DNA of 64,000 nucleotides, taken from assembly GCF_009914755.1 (NCBI RefSeq), contig NC_060925.1; one strand, 5' to 3'. The notes beneath the pieces were generated by a model that was given only the letters and a program-made list of their open reading frames with translations, ran no database searches and was not told where the DNA came from. This document shows, in pieces, positions 27,118-41,139 of this stretch. The DNA comes from the human T2T-CHM13v2.0 reference genome, Homo sapiens. Numbering within the stretch: the stretch's first letter is position 1; each line of letters starts with the position of its first letter. Made by a program: the position numbers and the translations under genes.

Positions 27118-28049
27118 GTAGGAGATCTGGGATGAATTGCAACACATGAAAACATAATCAACCTCTTGGGACAGATGGCCATGCCTATTCAGGTTATCAA
27201 ACGTCTCAAAAAATCACCTTTAAAATTGAGATAATTCACATGTACATCTGAGTCTACAGGAAGTATTTATAACACTGAATCATGCTTCTGACATCTTTAA
27301 TGTCAGAAATGCTAACATTCAGCTTTGCCATAATTTTTCCCTGGTGCATTTTATAAGGTAGTTATTAAAATGGAGCAGAATTGTATGAGATTCCTGTTAG
27401 CCCAATGTGTAAGCACACATAGAATTCCATTAATCCCATAAGAGCAATAAAATACAATAGGCACACTCTAATGTCTAGGATTTGGCTTTCATTGGATGAT
27501 TTTGTAAGTCTTCTTGCTTAAACCCTTATACAAATATGAGCACATTGAGACAACATACTGTATTTGATAGGCTGAGTGACATAACAAGAAGAATGCTGGA
27601 GCTTTAAAAGCACAACCTTTGTTGCCAACCAGCTATAAGTTTAAATTTCTCTCTTACACTTAAACTTTGCCTGAAACCTTTGGCAATTTTTAAGGGGTCT
27701 CTCTGAACCTCATATTTCCTATTTATAAAATGGGGATGATACTTACCTGAGAGAATTATGTAAGATAATGTACATTTCACATTCACTGTCTCTAGTTCTT
27801 GGTTACTATTTTAACCCAACATCAAGGCAAAAGTTACTGGTGAAATAAGAATTAGTCACTAGACTATAATTAACTTTCTGTTAGAATCATTGATATATAA
27901 TTATGAAGATATAAATTCATGCTAGTGTCATTTCCCTACTGCCAGTGAAGGAAAAAAATTAAGAAGGACTTTATATAATTTTACTATTTGTTTGAAAAAA
28001 ATATTTGTTTTGAATGTTTTTTAGTAAAAAATTACAGTAATACAGATCA

Positions 28050-29350
28050 GAAAGTTTTATTGTTCCCTTCCACAGTCGCAGTTTCTCCTCCCTCTTCCCA
28101 GGGGCAAACGCTGCCACAAGCTTGGTATGCATTCTACACATACATCCTTAAACAATGTAGATTACTGTTTTCTGTGTTTTCAATTTTGTTTTGTGTGTCT
28201 GTTTTCAATTTGCCATTGTAACAAATGGTATATTATTATTTTGTTACTTGCCTTATTAAGTCAACATTTATCTACTATTATACAAAGGGATTCCATTTAT
28301 TCATTTTAACTGCTACATGCATATTCTACATTTTATTTTTTCATTCCTTTATTTATGGACATTCTGGTTTGTTTATTCTTTTTTTTAAAAAAAAAAACAA
28401 GGCTTTTCAGTGAATAGCTTTGTATATTTCTCTTTGTATACTCATGCATGACTTTCTTTAGGACCTATATACAGAGCTACAATTCCTGGTCAAAGCAAAC
28501 TCCTGCTTCCAGCTTTATAGGCATTGCTAAATTGCTTTCCAAAGGGACAGTATTGGTTGTCCATCCACCAACAGAATATAAGTGTACCTGTTTCCATGTT
28601 CTAATTAGTGCATGGTATTGACTGACTGAGGAATTTTTGCCAATTGTTGGGTGTAAAATGGTATCTTGTAATTGTTTTAATTTTCATGTGATTAACTTCA
28701 AGTGAACTGAGAACACTTTTACGTGTTTGTTGGCCATTTGTGGTATTGGTGAATAACCTGTAAATCTGTTGCACAGTTTTCTGGTGACTTGTCTTTCTCT
28801 TATTGAATGTAGAAATTTGGTCTTTATTTTTGATAATAATCTTTTGTCTTTTATATGTGTTGAAAATATCTTCTCTCAGTCTATTTCTGTGGTGTCAAGT
28901 TTATGTGTGGTGTCTTTTGTTGTACAGAAGGTTTCAGTTTTTAAGGAGCACAGTGTATTAATCTGTTCTTTTTCAGATGTGCACTTTTTGTATCTTAACA
29001 TGAAGAAAATTATAAACATAACCTTCAATGTTTAATTCTAATATTTTAAGTTTTCTTTTTCACATTTTGGACTTCAATCTATCTGAATTTTAAATTTTGT
29101 AAATAATATCAGGTAGTGCTCTAATTTTATATCTTTATTTTTCCATTTGGAGAGCCAGTTGCCCGACATCACTTTGAATAGTCAATACTTTCCTTACTTT
29201 TTGTAATATCACCTCTGATGTTACATATTACATGTTGAGTTTTCAAATATGCTTAGGTCTTTCTGGAGGACTCTGTCCTTAACTATTTATTCATTTGCAT
29301 GTCTCTGGGCCAAGAGCACTCTGCATTTGACTTAGCTGTATAAGAAATCT
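28050..29350 (-). mobile_element. Ancient L1M (L1ME-like) 3' fragments
   Basis: Degenerate L1 3' region motifs, e.g. gccaattgttgggtgtaaaatggtatctt; boundaries approximate. Confidence 0.65.
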
Positions 29351-29855
29351 TGGTACTAGGTAGGTCTACCTAGCCTCCCCTATCCTTTAAAACTATTTTA
29401 ACACAATGCAATAACATTTTTATATGTAGGTCTGGCTCACCCAGCTGCATTATTACTCAATAGGAGGAATGTATTCAACTATTTTTGAGAACATGTATGT
29501 CTTCTTTTTCCTTTACTTTAACATTGTAGAAAATAATAATAAAACGTTCAAAATAAATACAAAGTTAACTCAAATATACATTTGCTTTATAGAGCAGAAA
29601 GAAGCACAATTATTTGGGAATTTCAGACCATTAAGATTTAAAAGTAAAATAAAACTGTTTTATGTTTGCAGGAAAATCATACACAAGATAATTATGAAAA
29701 GTCCTGGCTTTTAAGATGTATAGATGTACATTGCAGATGGGAAAATGGTTTAAAAAACTACTTGCAGAGTAGTAATTTCATACTGAAGTGTAGCTGCATA
29801 GGGGATATTTAAATTCTCCTCTTCCATGGTCTACTATATGGTTTCTTTCTTTTAG

Positions 29856-29983
29856 ACACACATTCCTCCCTTCTGGTTCAATGAAGATCACTGAAACCCG
29901 CACTTCAGATAGTGGGATGTATCTTTGTGTTGCCACAAATATTGCTGGGAATGTGACTCAGGCTGTCAAATTAAATGTCCATG
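29856..29983 (+). CDS. HMCN1: HMCN1 exon (~23): RHTFLPSGSMKITETRTSDSGMYLCVATNIAGNVTQAVKLNVH(V)
   Basis: cttttag| and |gtgagt; DSGMYLC motif; translated by hand. Confidence 0.97.
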
Positions 29984-31488
29984 GTGAGTCTTGAAATGAG
30001 AACATATGACAACCCTGTGGACTGGCCACACAAAAACCCGTAATCCTAGTTTATTTGATAGTTAATTTCCAAATTGTATATAGAGTGATTAAAGAAAAAA
30101 ATTCTCTAAAATCTGAGACTTGTGATTTTCTTTTGTTTACTCTGAAAAGTCTTCCTGCTATTTATAAACAATCTTCTGTTTCTTCCTTTATCAAATAAAC
30201 TATGTTAAATTTTTGGATCTCAATTTTTCTACTGGTCAACAGTCACTTATTGCTATTATTGTTGATATACAGTAGAAAAAAATGTGTTTAAGCCGGTAGC
30301 ATTTTATAGAAGCTAATACAAATTTCAAATAATAATTTATTAGTATTTAAATGATAATTTTCAATATTTAAAGATCTCAGCAACTGAAAAAATTGTTTCC
30401 TAGGACTCTTTGACTACAGCTCCCTAGTTAGTTTGCTTTATTCCTCCAATCCACATAGTCCATCCAGTTCTTCATTCATTCAACACACTGAGTGCATACT
30501 CTACACCAGGCATTGTTTAGATGAAAGATATTCAAATATCAGAAGAAATTAGCTGAGATAGGATTGATCTGATTTCACTCTCAGATGAATCACCACAATT
30601 GTGTCCCCATTGATTATGTGGTGTGAAGTCACACCAGAGTTCTGTCATTTACTAGCTCTAGGGCATCAGGCATATTCACTAACCTTTCTTATTTTTAGTT
30701 TTCCCTTTCATAAAATGATGATAATATTATCATAAACTATATAAGGTTGTTAGTGACAACCTTTAGAAAGTGTTCATTAAATATTAAGTTAAAGAAAAAA
30801 ACATAGAAATTGTGCTTTTTAAGGATGTATGGTACATTAATTATAATTATGTCCTTGTGGCTCAACTTGATTCTACAGTGCACAATGCAAGTATGTGGAA
30901 ATCAGGAATCATTTGCTGGTGTTTTGATAAACTACTGCATTTAAATTTCTGAAGGAAGTCGATAAAAGGAAGAGATAGAGGCTCTTTGTGGTTTTCTCAT
31001 CTGAAATTAGCAAAAGATTTCATGAGAAACTTTTCTTATTGTTTCACTGATCCTTCTACAAAGAGAACAGAAACTGAGTACATGGAGAGAAATGCTTTTT
31101 GTCCCTTATATTATAGAAATTATCTGCATTGCCTTTTAAGGGAGTTTTTAAGCTAAAATTATTTACAAATTAAAAGAAGCCTAATATTTTAAAATGCTTT
31201 CTGTTCCTCAAGTTTGGAACTAAGAGTTTTATATTTATTATTTCCTGTAATCCTTGCAGTGTACTGGCATTACAGGCTATTTTCCCTGGATTATCAAGGA
31301 AACAGGCCTCAGGAAGTTTACTGACTTGTCCTAGATCACCTAGCTAGTGAATGATCCGAGCCTAGGTCCAAATTCTGAAATTATTTCACTTTTCCATGGC
31401 TGCCTGTTGATAAGGAGCTCTCGTTTAAAGTGAGTAAAGAAAGGAATTTGTGAAAGTTGGATTATTAATACCCAGTTATTATTTCTAG

Positions 31489-31761
31489 TTCCTCCAAAGA
31501 TACAGCGTGGACCTAAACATCTCAAAGTCCAAGTTGGTCAAAGAGTGGATATTCCATGTAATGCTCAAGGGACTCCTCTTCCTGTAATCACCTGGTCCAA
31601 AGGTGGAAGCACTATGCTGGTTGATGGAGAGCACCATGTTAGCAATCCAGACGGAACTTTAAGCATCGACCAAGCCACGCCCTCAGATGCTGGCATATAT
31701 ACATGTGTTGCTACTAACATAGCAGGCACTGATGAAACAGAGATAACGCTACATGTCCAAG
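31489..31761 (+). CDS. HMCN1: HMCN1 exon (~24), one complete Ig domain: VPPKIQRGPKHLKVQVGQRVDIPC...DAGIYTCVATNIAGTDETEITLHVQ(E)
   Basis: tttctag| and |gtgatt; 273 nt, phase 1-1. Confidence 0.97.
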
Positions 31762-32189
31762 GTGATTCTTGACACAGGAAAATATATGTATGTAGGGTGG
31801 GGAGTGAGAGAAAAGCCCTAGAGCTAAATAGATTATCTTCGATAATCTTAAATGACTTCAGAAAGAGTTCTATATAACTTTTGTGACTCTTTAACTTTGA
31901 AAGAACCATTCCCAAAAGAAATGAAACATACCATTTCTAAACCTGCATCAATTTTTGTATGTTTACTTTTGAAGCAAAGTTGCCATGGATCATGTAGAAA
32001 ACAGAAACAATCCTAGATGATGCCCCACCCACTATTTTTGGTTTGGGAGACATTGTGGGAAGAGTGAGTTGGAGTAGGTTGTCACCTCACAGTGCTGGGG
32101 TGCACTCAAAATAGAGCCCTAGGAAATCTAGGTCCACTACTTCTCTATTAATACTGTATTTGCTTTGAAGATTTAAAGATCAATGTTTA

Positions 32190-33560
32190 TTTCTTCAAGC
32201 AACAAATACTGATCGAGCTCTTGCCAGGCATCTGTCATGTTTAGGCGGTGATGAGAAAGTAGTGACAAAGGCAAAACCCCTGCTTTCATGAGCTGTTATA
32301 GTGTGAGTAGACAGAAAACAGGCAAACAAATAAACAAGAAATACGATTGTGAAAAGTGCTTTGTGGGAAATTAAAATAAGACAATGGTCCTGAGAGTTGC
32401 CTATGTTAGATTAGACTATCAAGCAGGACTTCTCTGAGAAGGTGATCTTTAGAGTGAGATCCTCTGGACTGGAAAGAACCGGCCACATGAAAATCAGGGG
32501 GAAGAGCATTCTTGTCAGAGGGAATACTAGTACAAAGACAAGAAGAAAAGATAAGCAGGTATGGTATTTAGCACAGTATTAGATAGTTCTTAGCGCTGTA
32601 CTGAGTATTAGTATTAATTAGTACTACTACTGTTCTAAGTATTAGTACAGTACTAAGGTACCTGGCCCATTGTAGTTTTGTTGGATGGTTGGCTAGGACA
32701 CTAATGAAGAAGTTTTCCTGTTCATTCCACAAACTTTATTACATATTCATGTTTATAGTTGAATGGGACAGATAATAATTCATGAAATAGTCTCATGACT
32801 ATGTAATTAGACATTGGTTATGCCCTCATGAAATGGTGGAAAACTCTATATGAGCTTTTAACAGAAAGACAAATCAAACAAGGCCTCCCTTGGGGTAGGG
32901 ACATGTCAGTTGAGATTTGAAGGGTAGGTAGAAGTGAGGGGCAGCCCTTCCAAGATAATGTGGAGAGAACTTTCCAGGAGAAGGACATAGAATATGAAGA
33001 GAAGAGCATGTAATATTTTGGAGACACTGGGATCAGTCATCAATCAGTGAAGGCCAGCTGGCTGCATTCCAGACTGAGGGCTGAGTAATATGTGATGAAG
33101 CTGGAGATGTGGTCATGGGTCAGGTTATCCAAGACCTAGGAAGCCAGACTAATGAAGTTAGACTTTATTCTAAATGCAATAAGAAGACTTTAAGAAGTTA
33201 TCGTTGGGAAAGTGATGTGGCAGATTTCCAGTTTTAAAAGTCACTCTTTTGGGAGGGAATCATTCGGCTAGAGAAGACAAGGGAAACTGGTATAGACTAT
33301 TGTAGTAGCCCAGGTAAAAGATGATGGTAGTTAGAATGGGGAAAAGAAGGGAATGGGCTAAAAAATAAATAGGAAAGGAAATACTCGGGACATGGTGACG
33401 GATTGGATATGAGAATGAAGGAGATAGAGTTCTCAAGAATAACTCCCAAATTTCTTCATGAAATGAATGGATGATGGAGCTGTTCAGAGACATGGGATGC
33501 ACTGACAGGGGGCACTTAGGAAAGAACAGGTCTGAAACTTTATCTTATAGACAAAATGAG
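32190..33560 (-). mobile_element. L2 LINE fragments
   Basis: caaatactgatcgagc...gccaggca; gactttattctaaatgcaataagaag; purine-rich L2 character; boundaries approximate. Confidence 0.6.
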
Positions 33561-34102
33561 TACAAGTAATGATTTGAATTAGATAAGTCAATGATGAGAT
33601 TTGTGTTTCAGAGAGAGTATTCTGGGAACTGTGCAGAATATCAATCTAAAGGGGAACATGTTTGAGAAAAGGATCCCCATAAGAAGTCTATTGGAATAGC
33701 CTGGTAAGAGGAAATAAGGGTTGGAAATAAGCAATGGTCTTAAGCATAGAGAGGAAGACACAGATATGTGAATATATGTGGTACTATGTGATTGGATATG
33801 GAGGTCAAGCTTAAGGGAGAAAGAAAAATGACTGGGTGGACCATAGTGCCTTCATTGAGGGAATAAGGGAACAGAACAGGATTGTGGGAAGCATAAAATA
33901 ATGAATTTTGTTTGGAGAATTTTGAGTTTAAGGCACTGGGTGACGTCTAGGTAGAAATGTTTGGCAACTGGAAATAGGAATCATATTTAAAAGAAGAATC
34001 AGCAGAGATAGCAACTCATCAGTGCAGGTAGTTAATTGTGCCTTAGGAGAGTTTGAAATTGCTCAAAGAAAGCCTGTGATAATGCATTTATTTTCCTAAT
34101 AG

Positions 34103-34198
34103 AACCACCCACAGTGGAAGATCTAGAACCTCCATATAACACTACTTTCCAAGAAAGAGTGGCCAATCAACGCATTGAATTTCCATGTCCTGCAAAAG
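34103..34198 (+). CDS. HMCN1: HMCN1 exon (~25): EPPTVEDLEPPYNTTFQERVANQRIEFPCPAK(G)
   Basis: cctaatag| and |gtacgt; translated by hand. Confidence 0.95.
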
Positions 34199-36716
34199 GT
34201 ACGTAATACTGAAAGATATAGGCATTGGCATAATGTTATATGGTTTCAGAATGCTATATTGAACCCAAATTGTCATCCTTATAAAATTCCACATCAATCC
34301 TTGGTAGAACATTTGAGCATAATAGAAACTAACCCATTTTTCAGATAACAGCTCTTTGAATAAGTATTTTTTTTCCTTGCAGGTATTTTATTTCTTTCAA
34401 TGTAAAGACTTTCCATTCTTTCAAACTTGCCTAGTCTCACATGTTTTCCAGTTCAGATCCTTCCTGCTACTTCTTATTTCATTCTTTTTTTTTTTTTGGC
34501 AGGTTTTGTCTTTACAATGTGATAGCTGGAGCTATTCAAAATATTCCATATTTATCTCAACCAGGCAGAGGTATAATTAGGACTATTCCTTTGTTTGTTC
34601 TGGACACTTCTAAAAACCTCTTTTCCTAAATCTACTCTCAACTGGTAATTCTAGGGCCAGCTTGTAAATTGTCACTTGGAGGTTTATTCAAGCCCTTCCT
34701 TTCCTTGAATTTCTGGGCTTTCTATCCTACCATGTTTTCTGCCAGGAGATTGATATTATTTCTCCTCAGGGGAATGTGAAAAGGACTGTCACTTTCACCC
34801 TAACTCTGCCAAGTAGGTAATTAAGAACATCCTCTCTTTCAAGTGTGTATTCATCAGCAGTGATTTAAAGCAGGTTTGTATGAGTTCTGGCAAAGTCCAA
34901 GCAGTAGTCTTTCCATAACCTCCTGAATGCCTCCAGGTGGCTGGTACCATTTGTGCCCCCACATGTGCCTTTTAGTAGTTGTTCCTGGGCAGCGGCAACT
35001 GAAGGCCCTCATGGCTGTCTCTGTTTCTGTGGCAAGCTTTTCAATCTCAGCAGCAGCTGCCATGATTACTTTATTTTCTACCTATATTAAAACAAAAATG
35101 TCTTTAACAAGCTTTTCAGATACCTAAAGAATTAACAATAACTATTCCAAGAGTCACTGAGAATTAGGGAGGTGAAGCCTGGAAGGAGGCCTTCTTTAGA
35201 AGGGTTTAAGCTCAGGGAAGTACCATGAGTGTTCACTCCCACTGGACCCGCTGGTGGCAGTGTTGCTTCTTGTTCCCCACTGGATTCCTGACTCCCAAGC
35301 TAATTTCTTGTTTTGACTTCCCTTTTCCACCTAGAAAAACATCTCTTCCTTACTTCCTCATTTTCACCTGGAATATAATGCTTGAATTCATTTAAAGTTA
35401 CTAGACATCGTTTTCATTATCTTTTACTATGATTTTCATCTTGCTCATGGTTGTTCTATCATTTAAAAATTAAAGACAATGCAATTTCTTTCTTTTGTTT
35501 GTTCATTTACATTTTTATTAACAAGTATTAATTAAGTAGTCTGATTAAAGTTCATAAAGGAATGACTGAGATGTAAGGAGATGATTACAGCCTCCTTTTT
35601 TCTTGACAACATGGACAGGCAACTGGAGTCTATCAGTTTAACCTTTTTGTTCTCATCAGTCAACATTATACTATGAGCACAATTAAATAGGTCAATCTTT
35701 AATTTTTTTCCATAAATATAACTTTCATAGTCACTGTTTAAGCCTTTAACTCAATTTAAGTGTAGCTTCAATGACATATTCTACATATTTCTGCTATTCT
35801 TTTATATATATATCCTGGGTTATATGTTCATCTTTTAATATTTTACTGTCATTTAATACAGGATTATTAACAATGTCTTATGTAATCATGTAATTTTTAT
35901 TTAATGTTTTTTATTATTATTATGGAGATTAAATAATTTTTTTAAATGCTTAGAATAATACCTGGCAAAATGTTTGCTAAATAAATACATTGTTAGTATA
36001 GATTTAATGTTTACTTATTTCCAATATTCCTTTTGATTCTATTATACACTCAAAGATTGTTGTATCATTTTTTTTCTCCAAGAGTACATCATTTCCATTC
36101 ATTCTGTTAGTCATAAATGAATCCAGGAAAGCTATTTCTCAACTACCATTTCAAGAATTGAGCTATTATCCTTTGTTTAACAGAATCAGATCTCCAAAAG
36201 ATGCATGAACAGTAGAGTTTCCTCATCTTTGCAATATCAGGCCTTTTTAAAAAAGGGAATTATAAAACATCGTGTCTCCATATCATATATACACTCTATT
36301 TGGTTGGCAGTCTTCATGTTGTATTTCTGTGATGGTGTCTTATTTTTGCTCTGTCTTTATTTCACCCTAAAACTCTCCCCACATCCAGTCCGTAGGATTA
36401 ATATAGTTCCTGCCCTGCCAACAAATCACTGTGAACTCACTAGGAAAATGCTTTACTTACTATCATCTGAATGTTTAGATAAAAACAACTTTGTTCAAAC
36501 TTTACCATAGGTCTCTTAAGACCCACCGGGATTTAGAGGCATTAACTAACATAATCTTCATATTTCCATGCCAGGAGAAATATCTTGAAGGTAGCATAGG
36601 ACCTAAGGTTATAAATTATTGTCATAACAAAAACTTTATTTCTCTTTGATATATTTGATATTTAATAATTTCTGTTTTTGTTGTAAAATATCACAAGACT
36701 TTAATTTCTTATTTAG

Positions 36717-36911
36717 GTACCCCTAAACCAACCATCAAATGGTTACACAATGGTAGAGAGTTGACAGGCAGAGAGCCTGGCATTTCTATCTTGGAAGATG
36801 GCACATTGCTGGTTATTGCTTCTGTTACACCCTATGACAATGGGGAGTACATCTGTGTGGCAGTCAATGAAGCTGGAACCACAGAAAGAAAATATAACCT
36901 CAAAGTCCATG
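36717..36911 (+). CDS. HMCN1: HMCN1 exon (~26): GTPKPTIKWLHNGRELTGREPGISILEDGTLLVIASVTPYDNGEYICVAVNEAGTTERKYNLKVH(V)
   Basis: tatttag| and |gtaaat; DNGEYIC motif. Confidence 0.96.
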
Positions 36912-37214
36912 GTAAATGTAGCTAAAATCATGTAACTGACTGTTTGCCAGTCTCCAGTTCTTAAATGTTTAAATTATTCTCTCAGTGTAATATCATTTAA
37001 TATTAATGTGAATAGCAGTATTACCAAACAGAAATCTGGTGGTATGATTGCATTTATTATTTGATTTAAACTTTCATGTAATTTTTTATTGTGACTTTAC
37101 ATCATTCAAAATTCAAATGGTAGAAAAAGATACATAGTAAAAAGTCTCCTGACCCTGTGCTGAGCCATCTACTTATCCTCTATTTGGGATAAAGGAAAGT
37201 TATCAGCGTGTAGG

Positions 37215-37215
37215 G

Positions 37216-37272
<57 letters not shown>

Positions 37273-37273
37273 G
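37215..37273. repeat. (GT)n compound microsatellite inside an old L1 fragment
   Basis: Read directly. Confidence 0.92.
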
Positions 37274-37969
37274 TCTTCCCGGAGATATTTTATGAATATA
37301 GAAAGAAATACAATGTTTTATCCTCTTTTTATTTATAAAACGTACACATATAATAGAACATTATATTCACATTTTTCACCTTCTCTGTCTCACTAAACAA
37401 TCTATCTTGGATTTTATTTAATGTTCCTAACTGTATAGCATCTCATTGTGTAGATACACAACGATTTATTTAACCTTCCTCTGTTAATGATGAGCGTGTA
37501 GGTTATTAACAGTTGTTTTTATTAACTTTAAATGAAAATACTGTATATATGCCATTTTGCAAAAGTGAAAGTGTATATATATTTTAAAATTTGATGAATA
37601 TTGGTTTCTTTAGACACTGGGCAATATTCACCCTCATCAACAAAGTAGTGAGTCTCATGTGACTTAATTAAGACCCCATAAGCTTGTATTTTGAGTAATA
37701 TGTGAAATAAAAGTAGATTCTCCCTTAAGCTTATCCCAAATTTTATCCTAAATTTAAAACCTTGAAATAATAAAAATCCAATAAGGGTTGTTATTATAAA
37801 TACATTGGTCAAAACTTTTTAATTTTATAACAAAGCATATGCTTAAATATGTCTAGCTTTTCTAGCCATCAAATATTTCAGAATTTGCTGTATAAAGGCC
37901 CTTATAAAGAAACTCTATAAATAATATTTATTATGAAACTAGCTAGCTATGACTCCTCTCTTTTTGCAG

Positions 37970-38100
37970 TTCCTCCAGTAATTAAAGATAAAGAACAAGT
38001 TACAAATGTGTCGGTGTTGTTAAATCAGCTGACCAATCTCTTCTGTGAAGTGGAAGGCACTCCATCTCCCATCATTATGTGGTATAAAGATAATGTCCAG
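37970..38100 (+). CDS. HMCN1: HMCN1 exon (~27): VPPVIKDKEQVTNVSVLLNQLTNLFCEVEGTPSPIIMWYKDNVQ
   Basis: ttttgcag| and |gtaaat. Confidence 0.97.
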
Positions 38101-38265
38101 GTAAATAGAGTCATCCAAATACGTGTAATTCCTTGCCTCTGCATCTGAAGTAGGTTGTTCAGATGTTCATTTCTTACTACTAATAATATAAACATTCTAC
38201 TTCAATTTTTAATTATGCATTTTTATTAGGATTGGAAATAACACTGACCATTTTGGCCCTTAAAG

Positions 38266-38413
38266 GTGACTGAAAGCAGCACTATTCAGACTGTGAACAA
38301 TGGGAAGATACTGAAGCTCTTCAGAGCCACTCCAGAGGATGCAGGAAGATATTCCTGCAAAGCAATTAATATTGCAGGCACTTCTCAGAAGTACTTTAAC
38401 ATTGATGTGCTAG
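38266..38413 (+). CDS. HMCN1: HMCN1 exon (~28): VTESSTIQTVNNGKILKLFRATPEDAGRYSCKAINIAGTSQKYFNIDVL(V)
   Basis: cccttaaag| and |gtaaga; DAGRYSC motif. Confidence 0.96.
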
Positions 38414-40389
38414 GTAAGAAATACATCCTTTTAAAAAACTACAATTCAGAAGCATTTCTTACCTAAAATAGAGCTGACTATATGAAAAAGTAAAGAGAAA
38501 AAGATAAATTGACAGAAAAACTATAGTTTCATTCTATTATTTTTGTCCTTATTATTTGTTAACCAGAACCATATGATATAGAAATTTTAAAGGGTTTCAT
38601 TATTTATAATACAGAGATGCCTTTGAATCATATATACAGTAGTATCAAATACTCAAAAGTGGTACTGCTATCTTGTGTAAAATAAGAAATTATTACTCTT
38701 GTCAATTTCTCCAGTTAAGTAGGCACGACATTCTTTGGGAAGTGGCTATAACAGGGTGATACAGAATATATTACATTCATGCTGTGCATATCCTGAAGCT
38801 GCTAGGCTGTACTTGAACTGGAAAAGGTAGTAAATCCACTTTCCCCTGCATTCTAATTAACTCTTGTAACTAAGTCAGTCCTGATTCTAATTAAGTAGGT
38901 AGCAGCTGTAATAAATTAGGATGTAAGACATTTTAATGGTAATCATAAATTTAAAATTTTATAATTCTAGTTTGTGAAATTATATTTGCCATTTAAAATT
39001 CACTTTGTGATAAAATGACATTCTCCCTTTTCAATATTTTGCTCCTTACAATGGGCACATAATTTGTAAGTCTTGAGTAGAAGTGAGTGGAGGAATGATA
39101 CTGCATAAAAATTATATTCATAAACTGCTATAACATACAAATAATTCCTCCCATTAGGCTTCTCAAAGCCTGAAATTTTTCTTCCACAAAATCACCATTA
39201 TTATATTTAAGTATGAGTTATAAAAACAAATTACGAAATCATTGTTATCATGAGTCTTGCTGACATTATTTCTCCTGGTACTTGTCCGCTCCCTTGACTG
39301 AATTCCATCTGTGTGCTGATGACTCCCAATTTTTTATCTCCAGTTCAGACTTCTTCCCTGAGCCTAGGGATATATAGCTAATTTTCTCCATAGTATTGTG
39401 ACTTGAATACCTTAGTTTTATATCAAACAAAAAGGTCCCAGTGAAAGCCAGTTCTGGTTGCCTTCCTTGATCCCCAGTCTAGGGACTGGTACCTCCATCC
39501 ACTCACTTGGTTATTCCAGAACCTCCAGGTTCTCACTACTACCTTCTCCCCAACATTTCAAATCTACATATTTCCTGTTATGTCTACTTCCTAATTCTTT
39601 GGTGATCTACTTCTTTTCATCCTTCTGTGAAAGTCTATCATCATTCATGAGCTGAATCAATGTAATAGCCTAAGGGCTCACCTGAATCCACTTTTTGCTA
39701 CTGTAATCCATTCTTCACTTAGGAGTGTGTGGTCTTAAAACACAAATATGATTACATCCCACTCCTCCCCTACTGAAATCCTTTAGTGGCTGGTCATTTT
39801 TCTGAGGATGAAGACCAAGCACTTTAACATGGTGTGAAAGGGGACGACTAGACAGGGAAGTATCCAGAAGCTCTTTAATAAGCTTGATAATCCTGAGAAT
39901 AAAAACTAGCACATTATTTTTCATGTTATATTGCATACCAAATTTACCATCTTAGTTGTTTAAAAGACAAAGGTAATATATTTCAAGTAGCACCACACTA
40001 TATGTAGAATTTGAATGTTATAAGAGTGATGTTAATTGTCATTCATTATCCAAAATGTATAGCAGTAGCAAATTACATTTGCATCACTGATCACTTACAT
40101 TCTAAACTACTTTTGCATATGAGTTTAATACACCCAAAAATGAACCCTATACTGTCATAATTCTTGAAGGTAATTGTCTTGCTAGCAAATATTTTATAAA
40201 TATGTTTCTACATTTAAATTTAACATTTGGGTACACAGAAATGATATGAAAAAGTATTGTTGTGTGGTATTTTATTTTTGACATTAAGATCTTGTTGAAA
40301 TACTATAGAAATCATTGACTGCTTTCTAACCCCATGCCTGCTCTTTTTGCTGAGTAACAGAGTTTCATAATACACTGTCTTTGTTCAAG

Positions 40390-40516
40390 TTCCACCCACC
40401 ATAATAGGTACCAACTTCCCAAATGAAGTCTCAGTTGTCCTCAACCGTGACGTCGCCCTTGAATGCCAGGTCAAAGGCACTCCCTTTCCTGATATTCATT
40501 GGTTCAAAGATGGCAA
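40390..40516 (+). CDS. HMCN1: HMCN1 exon (~29): VPPTIIGTNFPNEVSVVLNRDVALECQVKGTPFPDIHWFKDG(K)
   Basis: tgttcaag| and |gtgagt; translated by hand. Confidence 0.96.
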
Positions 40517-41139
40517 GTGAGTATCTTTTCTGTATTTGTTGCAAGGTTTCAATGATAGGAAAAAGATGTGAAAAATGCATGTGGATTTTCTCCCTCTTAA
40601 TTATTTTATTACATAGAATATTATTAAATGAGCATACAGGAAAAACAATATTGCTCAAAAGCTAGTCTGAAAGTCTTGTAATTTTTTCATTCTTTTGAAT
40701 TCAAAGCTCCCTATGAATGTTGGGAATTCATTTTAGAAATATAGAGGAACTCAAATTTAATATACACTAAATATCCTCTGTCTAAAGACAGTGAAAAATG
40801 TAAGATCTAAACATGAGATGATTTTCTGTTTACATTGAACTGTCTTATTAAAAAGGAAAATGTGTTTATGACAGCAAAATGAATACTAAGCTAGTTCTGT
40901 GTATGGGCAAAAAGGAACTACAGATATTTCTCCAACTCCAGATCTCAAGGACTGCTGAGGTGTGCCTACATCGAAATGGCTGCAGTGGTCTGTATTGGTT
41001 GTGAGAATTTATTTCTCAAATGGTGGTTACAGTTTGTGTATTATAGTTTCTGGGAACAGATATCTAAGGCCTAAGTAGAAAATAGTCAAGATTTGTGGTA
41101 TATAAAATAAAAGATTGTATTCAAGCTTTTTATAAATCA

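Noticed and set aside
40517-40530. U12-like GTATCTTT 4 nt downstream of a donor
   Set aside because: The in-frame donor gtgagt is a perfect U2 consensus. The shifted site would break the frame, and I see no U12 branch point before 43799.
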